Assembly (NCBI GenBank): GCA_021604505.1
Contig: BQJC01000003.1
Coordinates: 470,439-534,438, forward strand
Length of the DNA: 64,000 bases
Direction of reading: 5' to 3'
Origin: Nitrospinaceae bacterium
GTDB lineage: Bacteria > Nitrospinota > Nitrospinia > Nitrospinales > VA-1
Positions 47,355 through 56,432 of this stretch are shown here, piece by piece; position 1 is the first letter of the stretch, and each line of letters opens with the position of its first letter. Below the pieces are notes generated by a model. It made no database searches. It was not told the DNA's origin and was given only the letters and a program-made list of their open reading frames with translations. Made by a program: the position numbers and the translations under genes.

Positions 47355-49615
47355 AGCACCCGGTACCTTTTTCGCAAGCGCAGACGCACCAGTTCCGCCG
47401 CGGTGTTAATAACAAAGGTCATGACAAACAACAAAAACGCCGCCAGAAACAGAAGTCTGAAAAGCGTTCCGCCCTCCGGCGCTTCCGGCAGTTCCACCGC
47501 GATATTGGCCGACAAAGCTCGAAATCCGTTGAAGATGCTCCACTCCATGACAGGCGTATTTCCCGTGGCCATGAGCACGATCATGGTTTCCCCGACCGCA
47601 CGGCCAAAACCAATCATCACTGCTGAAAAAATTCCAGGGCTGGCTGTTGGAAGAATAACTCTCAAAGCCGTTTGCCAGGGCGTCGCTCCCAGTGCCAGAG
47701 AAGACGCTTTCAAATGCTCAGGAACGTTGGAAAGAGAATCTTCGGTGATGGTGAATATGATAGGGATGACGGCAAAACCCATCGCCAGCCCCACCACCAA
47801 TGCGTTTCTCTGGTCATAGGTCACATTAAACAATTCATTCAGCCAGGTGCGATGATCGCCAAACAGAAGTTGCGCCTCTACGATTTGACCGATGTAAAAG
47901 GACAACATGCCGCCTAAAAACGTTAGAGGAACCAGCAGAGAAATTTCCCGTCCGACACGGATATTGTTTTTAAGTTTGTCCGAAACCTCATAAAAAAGAA
48001 GCGCCGCTAAAACGATTCCAGCAATCACTACCGGCATGAGAATAACCCCAGGCAACAGCCGCTCCACTTCAGGTGCGATTAACAAGGCGGCGAAAAAACC
48101 CAGCACCACACTCGGAAGCGCCGCCATGAGCTCGATGGTCGGCTTCACGATTCCTTTAAGCCTGTGGTGCATGAATTGCGAAGTGTAGAACGCCCCTAAA
48201 ATCGCAAGGGGAACCGCAAACAACATGGCGTAAAGCGTTCCCTTCAGCGTACCGAAAATCAAGGGAACCAGACTGAATTTGGATTCAAACGCATCCGTCC
48301 CTCCTGTGGATTGCCAGACATATTCGGGACCTTCATAACCTTCATACCAGACTTTTCCAAAAACGGACTTGAACGTGATTTGTGGAAACGGGTTGTTCAT
48401 CGTCCAGTGGAATATTTTTCCCGCAGAATCCACTGCCAAAATGCCATCCGCTTTGCGGGACAATGAAACCGCTTTAAAACGGGAACCCATCGGGTCTGGC
48501 ACAGTCAGTTGGGTTTCCCCGGTGGACCCGTAATGGACCCGGATTTCCTTTTCCGCCCCTGTGAGAAACCCTTTGGTTCTAAGCGAGGAGGCGAATAAAG
48601 TTGGCGGTTGCGAGTGGGAAACAAAATCATAAATCTTGCGCAACCTGGGTTTTTCACCCTTGACCTTCAGCCATTGAAACGAGCTGACTCCACCCTCGGA
48701 ATCGCCTACGATCAAAGTATAATCGCCCAAAATAAAATTCATGTTGGTGACCGCCACACCAGGCCCTCGTGTGGCCGCCATCGTTTCGATTTCACCGGGG
48801 GCGTCTTCCTCCAGGCTGGCCCGCAGAATTTGACCGGAGGTCGTCCCCACGAACAGAGCCTCCTCCACCGAGTGGAACACCATCGCGGAAATTTTTCCCT
48901 TAACCGGAAAGGTCAAAGATTCAAGGGTGGTTTCCCTTTTGGTGGTCCCCATCAGCGTGCGGCGCTCCTCAACCTGGGCCACGGCTATTTTGCCAGGACC
49001 CGTCACCGCCGCGATGGAGGTACCATCTTCAGATTTGGCGTGCACCAGTTTCTCGATGGCTTGTCTGTCCTCTCTAACCCGCAGAGAGTTTTGAGGTACA
49101 AGTTTGGGCTCAACGGTGCGGGAATCTCCGGAATAAATGTTCTTAAACTCCACGTTAACAGGCAGAACTCTGCCATCGGAAAGTCCCAAAACCAAAAATC
49201 CGTCGACCGAGGAAGAAACCGCCGTCACTCTGGCATCGGCCAGTTCAGCAAGAGAATCCACAGGAAACAGTTTGTGTGTTTTAAGTGAATAAAAATGAAC
49301 CCCTGATTCATTCACCACATAGGCCACTTCACGGTATTCATCCAGGCCTGTCGCCAGGGGGACAGATTTCTCTTGTGTGACTATCGTTGTTTCCAAAACA
49401 ACACTTGGGTTTTTGAACAAGGGAAAGAATTCAGCGACGATGACAAACAGGATGGCGAGGATGCAAAATATAATGGTCCATCCTCCCAGCGTCACAAAAT
49501 ATTTTGCCAGGCGGTCGGCAAAGAGACGTTTCTTGAGACCCTGGCTCAAAAATAAACCCCGGTCCGCAGGTTTTGACAGCGGACCGGGGTCGATGGTGAT
49601 TTCCTTGGTGGTCAT
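47351..49615 (-). CDS. pstC: phosphate ABC transporter permease PstC (long form with a ~390-aa periplasmic repeat domain)
   Basis: 754 aa. The C-terminal ~308 aa form the canonical core (ASSLALGATPWQTALRVILPTA). The N-terminal region after TM1 has beta-propeller-like repeats (for example LVLGLSDGRVLPV, LFVGTTSGQILRA, LIVGDSEGGVSSFQW, ILAVDSAGKIFHW). Confidence 0.9.
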   Translation of the reverse strand: MTTKEITIDPGPLSKPADRGLFLSQGLKKRLFADRLAKYFVTLGGWTIIFCILAILFVIVAEFFPLFKNPSVVLETTIVTQEKSVPLATGLDEYREVAYVVNESGVHFYSLKTHKLFPVDSLAELADARVTAVSSSVDGFLVLGLSDGRVLPVNVEFKNIYSGDSRTVEPKLVPQNSLRVREDRQAIEKLVHAKSEDGTSIAAVTGPGKIAVAQVEERRTLMGTTKRETTLESLTFPVKGKISAMVFHSVEEALFVGTTSGQILRASLEEDAPGEIETMAATRGPGVAVTNMNFILGDYTLIVGDSEGGVSSFQWLKVKGEKPRLRKIYDFVSHSQPPTLFASSLRTKGFLTGAEKEIRVHYGSTGETQLTVPDPMGSRFKAVSLSRKADGILAVDSAGKIFHWTMNNPFPQITFKSVFGKVWYEGYEGPEYVWQSTGGTDAFESKFSLVPLIFGTLKGTLYAMLFAVPLAILGAFYTSQFMHHRLKGIVKPTIELMAALPSVVLGFFAALLIAPEVERLLPGVILMPVVIAGIVLAALLFYEVSDKLKNNIRVGREISLLVPLTFLGGMLSFYIGQIVEAQLLFGDHRTWLNELFNVTYDQRNALVVGLAMGFAVIPIIFTITEDSLSNVPEHLKASSLALGATPWQTALRVILPTASPGIFSAVMIGFGRAVGETMIVLMATGNTPVMEWSIFNGFRALSANIAVELPEAPEGGTLFRLLFLAAFLLFVMTFVINTAAELVRLRLRKRYRVL

Positions 49616-49619
49616 TATT

Positions 49620-50618
49620 TTAGTTGGTCATATTTGCCGACTCAGTGATCACCCTCAAATCTTCTTGAGCCACTGCGTTGGCAATCGGAAAATAACCGCC
49701 TTTAACAACCACTTCTTGTCCTTCTTTCGAAAGAACCATTTTCAGAAACTCGCGAGTCAAAGGATCCAGCGGTTTTCCCGGAGCTTTGTTGACATAGACA
49801 TAAAGGAACCGCGCCAATGGGTAGTTCCCAGCCAGAGCATTCGTGGCGTTAGGCTCTACAAATTTGGAACCTTTTTCAGCCAAAGGCAACACCCGAACTC
49901 CTGCGGTTTTGTAACCAATGCCGCTGTATCCCATCGAGAATCGGTCAACACTCACGCTCTGTACGACCGAAGCCGAACCCGGTTGTTCTTTAACTTCATC
50001 TTTATAGTCACCTTTTTTAAGAACAAGCTTCTTAAAGAAACCATAAGTCCCGGAGGCGGAATTACGCCCATACAGACTGACCGGACGATTCTCCCAATCG
50101 CCGGTCAAACCGAGTTCCCCCCAGGTTTTAAGATCGCCCAGTCCACGGCGCCCGGATTTGGAAAATGCGGCATCGACCTCAGCGAGATTCAGGCCTTTAA
50201 TAGGATTGTCTTTGTTGACAAAAACCGCCAAAGCGTCCACGGCGACCCGCACCGCAGTTGGTTTGTAGCCAAACTTTTTTTCAAACGCATCGATTTCCCT
50301 GCCTTTCATGTTCCGGGACATGGGTCCCAACTGCGCGGTGGCGGATATCAAGGCCGGCGGAGCGGTAGAAGATCCCTTGCCTTCCACCTGAATGTTCACG
50401 TTGGGATAAAACTGCTTAAACTTCTCGGTCCAGAAGGTCATGAGATTGTTGAGAGTGTCCGAGCCGATGCTGTCCAGATTGCCTGTGACTCCCCTGGACT
50501 TTTCATAAGGTTTCAGGTCAGGATCGACCTGGATCGCTTCGGCCCAGGTTAAACCTGTTGAAAAACCGGCAATTAAGAGAAATCCCGTCATGGCTTGAAA
50601 CATTTGTTTTAATTTCAT
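49620..50618 (-). CDS. pstS: periplasmic phosphate-binding protein PstS
   Basis: 332 aa with a signal peptide. Motifs present: [16 protein letters not shown] and [23 protein letters not shown]. It is the first gene of the pst operon. Confidence 0.9.
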   Translation of the reverse strand: MKLKQMFQAMTGFLLIAGFSTGLTWAEAIQVDPDLKPYEKSRGVTGNLDSIGSDTLNNLMTFWTEKFKQFYPNVNIQVEGKGSSTAPPALISATAQLGPMSRNMKGREIDAFEKKFGYKPTAVRVAVDALAVFVNKDNPIKGLNLAEVDAAFSKSGRRGLGDLKTWGELGLTGDWENRPVSLYGRNSASGTYGFFKKLVLKKGDYKDEVKEQPGSASVVQSVSVDRFSMGYSGIGYKTAGVRVLPLAEKGSKFVEPNATNALAGNYPLARFLYVYVNKAPGKPLDPLTREFLKMVLSKEGQEVVVKGGYFPIANAVAQEDLRVITESANMTN

Positions 50619-50650
50619 TTTTTTGTCCTTTATTTTCTATTTTTAAAAGT

Positions 50651-50690
50651 ATGCAAACCCTGTGTTAGGGTTATATGAGGCCCGCGTTAG
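50651..50690 (-). promoter_or_regulatory. Pho-box-like array upstream of pstS
   Basis: The minus strand reads CTAACGC-gggc-CTCATAT-aacc-CTAACAC-aggg-TTTGCAT. These are 7-mers with 4-nt spacers (11-bp phasing), 33-72 nt upstream of the pstS ATG. Confidence 0.6.
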
Positions 50691-50742
50691 AACCCTTTGA
50701 GTTCGATAGATTGGGACCCTTTATCAAAACCTGGAGGAGAAA

Positions 50743-50773
50743 CCGGGAGATATCCGAGGCCAATATCTCCCGG
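50743..50773 (-). terminator. 11-bp perfect hairpin downstream of the porin gene (possible intrinsic terminator)
   Basis: CCGGGAGATAT-ccgaggcca-ATATCTCCCGG. On the minus strand it is followed by TTTCTCC, a weak U-tract. Confidence 0.35.
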
Positions 50774-50816
50774 CTTTTGAACCACCTTCGGAGGAAGACC
50801 TTCACCCCTCTCAGGC

Positions 50817-52052
50817 TTAGAACAAGGTTAATACCAGGTCCGCATGTAAAAGTTGCAGATGGGTTTCCGGTCCGATGATCGATTTGGTATCCATATAGGT
50901 CAAACCCAGTAAAATTCCATCGAAGAGACCCAGTTTCAGTCCGATCTCACTGCCTTCGGAGTTCGTGCCGCCTTCAAAGAAATCGGAATCGTTGATTGCA
51001 TCCAAGGCGGCATCGGCTCCGGTGTTACGGAAGATGTACTTGGCCTGCCAGTCACCTGGTTTCTTCACCGATTTTCCAACTTTGACTCCGGCCTCATAGC
51101 CTTCGTTTTCAAGGTCCTTTGCATCGTCAGAAACGTTTTTCACGTACCCACCGAATACCTTGACGGGGACACCCATGATCAGATCGGTGGAGAATTCGGC
51201 CAGAATATTCAAAAGATCGTAGTTGGCGGCAAAATCTCCATCCGCATCGACCGTGTTGGCTCCAGCGCCGAAGGTGAGGTTATTTCCCAATATGTTTTGG
51301 TAATCGTACAGGGCGACACCCATTTTTGCCTTAGCAATACTTCCCAGTTTCTGGCTGACGACTCCCTGATAAGCAAACAAATGCACGTCATCGCTACCGC
51401 CGTCAGTGGCCGAATTACCAAACTCCTCGACCACAAACTGCCCCAGAATCAATTCCAACTTGGTATCCCTCATTTTGTGAGACAGTTTTTCCGTCGCCCC
51501 TTCCAGGGAAAGGTCGCTGTCCCAGAGCTGCTCCGATTTCATAAACGGCACGCCGAATTTTCCGCCTCTTAGCTGGAGACTGCTATTTCCGTGCGGAATT
51601 TTCCAGTTCGCATAGACTCGATCCAGATTGATATTTTTTGTCGAAAAGGTGTTGTCCAGAGTCTGGTTGGTGGACGTGGGAGACGAATCGCCACTTGCGG
51701 AATCCTCGGGACCGGTAGCCAGGCGGAATCCGGCTTTTATATTCTTGGTGAAAAAATACTCGCCGCCAATTCGAAACCGGATTCTCTGCCGGCTGCGATC
51801 AAAGCGTTTACTGGAACTGGCGTTGGAACCCTGCCGGAAAAGGCTTTCATGCCGCAACCGGACATCGCCGGACGGTTTGAATTTTTTCAACCAGTCAAAC
51901 ATCTTTGCCTGGGCGTCCATTTTTTCTTCCAGGGCGAGCAGGCGCAAAGCGTCCTGGCTCATTTCTGCCAAAGCGCTCCCGGGAAGAACCATTGCCCAAA
52001 AAACCCAGCAACACACAAAAACACATCCTGTACCGTTCACTTTCCTCTTCAT
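50817..52052 (-). CDS. outer-membrane beta-barrel porin (putative-porin family), probable Pho regulon member
   Basis: 411 aa. It has a signal peptide and an N-terminal coiled-coil segment. Amphipathic beta-strands alternate, and the protein ends in ...LVLTLF (terminal Phe). Pho-box-like repeats lie upstream. Confidence 0.65.
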   Translation of the reverse strand: MKRKVNGTGCVFVCCWVFWAMVLPGSALAEMSQDALRLLALEEKMDAQAKMFDWLKKFKPSGDVRLRHESLFRQGSNASSSKRFDRSRQRIRFRIGGEYFFTKNIKAGFRLATGPEDSASGDSSPTSTNQTLDNTFSTKNINLDRVYANWKIPHGNSSLQLRGGKFGVPFMKSEQLWDSDLSLEGATEKLSHKMRDTKLELILGQFVVEEFGNSATDGGSDDVHLFAYQGVVSQKLGSIAKAKMGVALYDYQNILGNNLTFGAGANTVDADGDFAANYDLLNILAEFSTDLIMGVPVKVFGGYVKNVSDDAKDLENEGYEAGVKVGKSVKKPGDWQAKYIFRNTGADAALDAINDSDFFEGGTNSEGSEIGLKLGLFDGILLGLTYMDTKSIIGPETHLQLLHADLVLTLF

Positions 52053-52140
52053 CGTTTTTCCTCTCGTAGTGATTCTATCTTCTCCGAAAGCGCAGAAAGA
52101 GTCTGCGTTTCCTTAAACTTTCCAAAAGAATAAAGAGAGG

Positions 52141-52169
52141 TTATGAGGAAATGATTAGAGAAAAATTAG
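52141..52169 (-). promoter_or_regulatory. Pho-box-like array upstream of the porin gene
   Basis: The minus strand reads CTAATTT-ttct-CTAATCA-tttc-CTCATAA, with 7+4 phasing. It lies 89 nt upstream of the ATG at 52052. Confidence 0.5.
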
Positions 52170-52249
52170 CAGTGAGTGATTGAGAAATCTAAATGGAGGA
52201 ACAGGCTTTGAAAAATGCTGTACGGGGAATCGAACAGGATGGAACCAAT

Positions 52250-53524
52250 CTAAAAATTGACCTGAAACCGGAATTGAAACACATGTAAATTTCCGCGATC
52301 AATAGCGGGAGCGCCGGTGATGTCGGCGTGCACGTAATTGAAAAGAACACGGACGTGCGGGTTCAGGTACCAGTTGAGGCCGGCGGTGATGTTGTCCTCC
52401 TGCCCGCCAGCGATGCCGCCAGCATTGAGATCAATGGTGGATAACCTTACAGCCACCTCTAATGCTCCCAAACCACGGCCTTCCAGAAAATTTTTATTCG
52501 GTGTTACGCGGGAAAACACCCCGCTTTTATATTTTCGGTGCTCGCCGGTGAGAAAATAACTGAGCATCACATAGCCTCCATGAAAGTCCACATCCGAAAG
52601 ACCGGATGGACGGTTGACCTTTACAAGTGTGTATTCTCCCTGGACGCTGAAAGAATTAAAAACCACTGCGGTCTCGCCGCCAAAGCGGTGCGCCTGTCTC
52701 GCCGAAAAAGCCCCTGTATCCACAAAGTTCGTTGCCGTCAGATTCGATTCCGGCTTCGAATCAAACCGAAACGTGGCTCCGTCGGAATCGCTGAAACTGT
52801 AACCAAACCCGGCATGCACCAGTTTTCTGCCTTTTTCAAGTTTCACAGGAACACCTGTCAGCCGCAAGGTTATGTTGTACCCATCGTCGCTTCGAATGCG
52901 GGGCGGGTTTTCCCCAGTGGGGCGGAACACTCCAATCGCCCAGGTGGCGCGCTGATTCAATGCAAAATTATAAAACGCCGCACCAATATTCCGGCCCGGT
53001 ACAAACGCACTCATTAAAGAATCTTCCATGAAAGTGTCGTAATTCGAACTGGTCAATTCTTCCAGAGAAAACGCCTCCTTGAAATGTCCGACATTGAAAT
53101 GACCTACAACCGGAAGCCTGATGAGCCCCAGGTAAACATCCTTGAAGCTGGTTTGACCGGAAAAATCGAACTGCGCCTTGAACTTGACCCGGTCGTAAAG
53201 CAATCCCGAAACAAAAAACCGTGCACGGCGCAATTCCGCACCGCTTTCAGGGTCACTGAAGTTGGATTTAAAGGTTTGATCCGAGTCGTAAAAAGCCACA
53301 TCGGTCTGAATGCGGCCGCCGATCATGTACTTGAATTTTTTATCGGGAGAAACAAACACCAGCCCATTTCTAAAATAGACCCGCATCTCATTGTCTCTTT
53401 CCTGCAACTGCCTTTCGATCGCACGCAGGCGGCGCTCCGTATCGTTGGAATCCGCCTGGCCATTCGAAGGCAATAATCCCAGCGTCAAGAGAGAAAAGAG
53501 TAAAATCGGTTTAAAGAGTTTCAA
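52250..53524 (-). CDS. OprO/OprP-family anion-selective porin
   Basis: 424 aa. The TTG start is preceded by AAGGA. It has a signal peptide, an N-terminal coiled coil (ERRLRAIERQLQERDNEM) and the segments FKAQFDFSG and GLNWYLNPHVRVLFNY. It ends in ...FRFQVNF. Confidence 0.7.
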   Translation of the reverse strand: MKLFKPILLFSLLTLGLLPSNGQADSNDTERRLRAIERQLQERDNEMRVYFRNGLVFVSPDKKFKYMIGGRIQTDVAFYDSDQTFKSNFSDPESGAELRRARFFVSGLLYDRVKFKAQFDFSGQTSFKDVYLGLIRLPVVGHFNVGHFKEAFSLEELTSSNYDTFMEDSLMSAFVPGRNIGAAFYNFALNQRATWAIGVFRPTGENPPRIRSDDGYNITLRLTGVPVKLEKGRKLVHAGFGYSFSDSDGATFRFDSKPESNLTATNFVDTGAFSARQAHRFGGETAVVFNSFSVQGEYTLVKVNRPSGLSDVDFHGGYVMLSYFLTGEHRKYKSGVFSRVTPNKNFLEGRGLGALEVAVRLSTIDLNAGGIAGGQEDNITAGLNWYLNPHVRVLFNYVHADITGAPAIDRGNLHVFQFRFQVNF

Positions 53525-53540
53525 TGAAACGTTTCCTTAT

Positions 53541-54650
53541 CTATTGCGTAAAATCATCGTCCCACTCAAGCACGGTTTTGACCGCTTTGATGTGAGCATA
53601 GACTTTCTGTCCCACAACGATATTCAATCGAGCCAACGATTTTAGCGTGATGGTGGCAAGAATGGGTTGACCTACATCCAGTTTAATATCGACAGAATAA
53701 CGGTTTTTCTTGAGGGCACCCACTTCCATCACCCGGGCTTCGAGTATATTGAGCACACTGGTCTGGTTATTGGGCGTGGAAGTCACGACACTGACATCGT
53801 TGGAATGAATGTGCAGCCGGACGGTTTGCCCCACTTCGGCGGATTGTTCAGGCACGTGCAACTGGTGATGCAAGAACTGCAAACGAGTCAGTCCAAACTC
53901 CGGCTCGTGCGCCGCTACCTGGGTATCGAGAACAGCGCCCACCGCCCTGGAATCAATATGGTCGCGAAGCGCAAGTTGCGAGAACACTTGATCGACCGGC
54001 CCCTGGGCAACGATCTTTCCCTCCTTCAGAAGAACCATCGTATCGACCAACTGCAGGATTTCTCCCAGGGAATGGCTGATGTAAACGATGGGAATCTTCC
54101 AGGTCGTTTGCAGACGCCGGATATAAGGCAACAGCTCGCGTTTTCGTTGATGATCCAGCGATGCCAGGGGTTCATCCATGAGCAACAGCCTGGGGCTGGT
54201 CAACAGCGCACGGCCAATCGCCACCCGCTGGCCTTCACCGCCCGAAAGGAAACCAGGCCGCCGGTCCAACAGATGGGCAATGTCCAGAATATCCACCACT
54301 TCATCCAGGCCGATTCGGCGTTCAGCAGCAGGAATTCGTTTGAATCCGTAAAGCAAATTGGAGCGCACGCTCAAATGCGGGAACAGGCGCGGCTCTTGAA
54401 ATACAAGCCCGATCGGACGTTTATGAACAGGGACGAAAATTCCCTGCGCTTCATCCTGCCAGACCGCATCTCCGAACTTCAGGGTTCCGGTGCTCGAGCG
54501 TTCCAACCCGGCCAGACAGCGAAGCAACGTGGTTTTTCCGGAACCGGAAGGGCCGAGCAAAACCGTGACACCACTTTCAGGGACGTCCAGCCGGGCCTGC
54601 AGGTGAAACCCGGAAAAATGCACTTCAAAATTTGCTGACAGATGACTCAT
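53541..54650 (-). CDS. modC: molybdate ABC transporter ATP-binding protein ModC
   Basis: 369 aa. It has Walker A ([13 protein letters not shown]), the signature LSGGEGQRVAIGRAL, and a C-terminal TOBE/Mop-like domain. It follows modB with a 4-nt overlap. Confidence 0.9.
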   Translation of the reverse strand: MSHLSANFEVHFSGFHLQARLDVPESGVTVLLGPSGSGKTTLLRCLAGLERSSTGTLKFGDAVWQDEAQGIFVPVHKRPIGLVFQEPRLFPHLSVRSNLLYGFKRIPAAERRIGLDEVVDILDIAHLLDRRPGFLSGGEGQRVAIGRALLTSPRLLLMDEPLASLDHQRKRELLPYIRRLQTTWKIPIVYISHSLGEILQLVDTMVLLKEGKIVAQGPVDQVFSQLALRDHIDSRAVGAVLDTQVAAHEPEFGLTRLQFLHHQLHVPEQSAEVGQTVRLHIHSNDVSVVTSTPNNQTSVLNILEARVMEVGALKKNRYSVDIKLDVGQPILATITLKSLARLNIVVGQKVYAHIKAVKTVLEWDDDFTQ

Positions 54651-55330
54651 GTAATGTGAATGGGAAGCCGCCGGTTGATGGTGTAAACGGTCAGCAAGAC
54701 CAAAAAAGAAAACAGGAGCAACCCTCCAGAGAGGGCATGCGCCTCGGCATACTCCAGAACCTCCACACGTTCATAAATGTCGATGGAAATAACTTTGGTC
54801 TTTCCAGGAATACTGCCGCCGACCATCAACACCACGCCGAACTCCCCCAAAGTATGAGCGAACCCAAGAACTGTAGCGGTAATGAATCCTCTCAGTCCCA
54901 AAGGAAAGATGACAGTTAAAAAAGCATCCCATTTGGACGCACGTAACGACCCTGCGGTTTCCAACGGAAGTTTCCCTACAGATTCAAACGTTGCATGCAG
55001 CGGCTGCACCACAAAGGGAAGCGAGTACAGGATGGAGGCGATCACCAGCCCCGCAAACGAAAACGAAAGCGCGGAACCCGTCATCGCTTTGAACGGCCCG
55101 CCGATCCAGCCGTTGGGACCGAGCGCGATCAAAAGATAAAACCCCAACACCGTGGGGGGAAGCACCAGAGGCAAAGCCACCACCGCTTCCACGTAAGTCC
55201 TTAGCCGGGACCGGGTATGCGCCAGCCACCAGGCGATCGGCGTTCCCACCAGCAGCAGTAAAAAGACAGTTACCCCGGCGAGCTTGAGAGTCAACAGGAT
55301 CGGACCCGGATCAAGATTTGAAAATTCCAT
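54647..55330 (-). CDS. modB: molybdate ABC transporter permease ModB
   Basis: 227 aa with 5-6 TM helices. Its EAA loop reads LETAGSLRASKWDAFLTVIFPLGLRG. Confidence 0.9.
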   Translation of the reverse strand: MEFSNLDPGPILLTLKLAGVTVFLLLLVGTPIAWWLAHTRSRLRTYVEAVVALPLVLPPTVLGFYLLIALGPNGWIGGPFKAMTGSALSFSFAGLVIASILYSLPFVVQPLHATFESVGKLPLETAGSLRASKWDAFLTVIFPLGLRGFITATVLGFAHTLGEFGVVLMVGGSIPGKTKVISIDIYERVEVLEYAEAHALSGGLLLFSFLVLLTVYTINRRLPIHIT

Positions 55331-55373
55331 AACGGGTTTCCTTCATTAGAGGCCATCAAAAGCAGTGTGAAAA

Positions 55374-56132
55374 TTATTTCAAGCGATACCCATAGCCTGT
55401 AATGATCTTTCGGGCGGTTTCATTGCGTATGAAATCCGCCAAAGCGATCGCCGCGGGATTGGTTTCACCGTGTTTCAAAAGCACCAGATCCTGCGATATC
55501 GGGTCGTAAAATTCAGGCGGCACATCCCAGCGACTGCCCTTGGATTTATTTTTGGGGTCCAGGACCTGGGAAAGCGACACAAACCCCAATTCCGCATTGC
55601 CGGTAGCGATAAATTGAAACGCCTGCCCGATATTTTCTCCCAATACGATCCAGCCACGGACCTGATCCCAGACACCAAGTTTCTTAAGGGTCTGCTTGGC
55701 CGCCCGGCCATAAGGCGCGGTTTTGGGATTGGCCATCGCCAGGAAATTATAATTTTTATTTAGAAAAATTTTTGCGCCTTCCCCATGCACCTGACTGGAA
55801 TCCGGGCTCCACAAAGTGAGTTGACCGATGGCATAGGTGAAGCGCGAACCGGCAACCGCAAACCCTTCCTCCTCCAACAACCGGGGCCGCAGACCATCCG
55901 CCGCTAAAAGCAGGTCAAAAGGCGCGCCGTTTTTCACCTGGGCGTACAGTTTGCCCGTCGAACCGGGAACCACCACCATCCGGTGTCCGGTATCATTTTC
56001 AAAATGTGCCTTAATATCCTTCAGTGGATTGATAAAATTGGACGCCACCGCCACATGGACTTCCCCCGCCTGAGCCGAAGAAAAAACCCCGCTAAACAGA
56101 AACATCATTACGATAAAAACAAAACGCATCAA
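55374..56132 (-). CDS. modA: periplasmic molybdate-binding protein ModA
   Basis: 252 aa with a signal peptide. Motifs present: VAVASNF...VVPGSTGKLYAQVKNGAPFDLLLAAD and YGRAAKQTLKKLGVW. Confidence 0.85.
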   Translation of the reverse strand: MMRFVFIVMMFLFSGVFSSAQAGEVHVAVASNFINPLKDIKAHFENDTGHRMVVVPGSTGKLYAQVKNGAPFDLLLAADGLRPRLLEEEGFAVAGSRFTYAIGQLTLWSPDSSQVHGEGAKIFLNKNYNFLAMANPKTAPYGRAAKQTLKKLGVWDQVRGWIVLGENIGQAFQFIATGNAELGFVSLSQVLDPKNKSKGSRWDVPPEFYDPISQDLVLLKHGETNPAAIALADFIRNETARKIITGYGYRLK

Positions 56133-56158
56133 ACCCCCTTAATGAATAAGGCTTTCAT

Positions 56159-56214
56159 CGTTATATACATATAAATATAACGGATACTAAGGTTATATAC
56201 AATAAAATATAACG
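56159..56214 (-). promoter_or_regulatory. two tandem ModE-type operator palindromes upstream of modA
   Basis: Box 1 (56159-56182) is CGTTATAT-acatataa-ATATAACG, with perfect 8-nt arms. Box 2 (56191-56214) is GGTTATAT-acaataaa-ATATAACG. The centres are 32 nt apart. Box 1 begins 27 nt from the modA ATG. Confidence 0.6.
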
Positions 56215-56432
56215 CTCTGTCAATAAAAAGGGCATGCTGGAATGGAAAAAGCCGAAAAAGACATTCGACCAGAGGATTTCAAGGAAGGATCGGTTTGGGA
56301 GGAATTGGTTTAGGAGTGTGGGCCGAAGATGGCGTTGGTTAGATTAAGGATTTATGGGGGAAGCTGGCTTTACATACCAACCCAGGATACGATCATGAAA
56401 GAAGCACTGAAGAAAACCTTATGAATTTATTT

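Noticed and set aside
53525-53660. A search for Pho-box-like phased heptamers upstream of the OprO/P-family porin, inside the 3' end of modC.
   Set aside because: I saw only a single isolated CTAAAAT-like heptamer and no 11-bp-phased array. No Pho box is called here. This negative result feeds the modC-porin finding.
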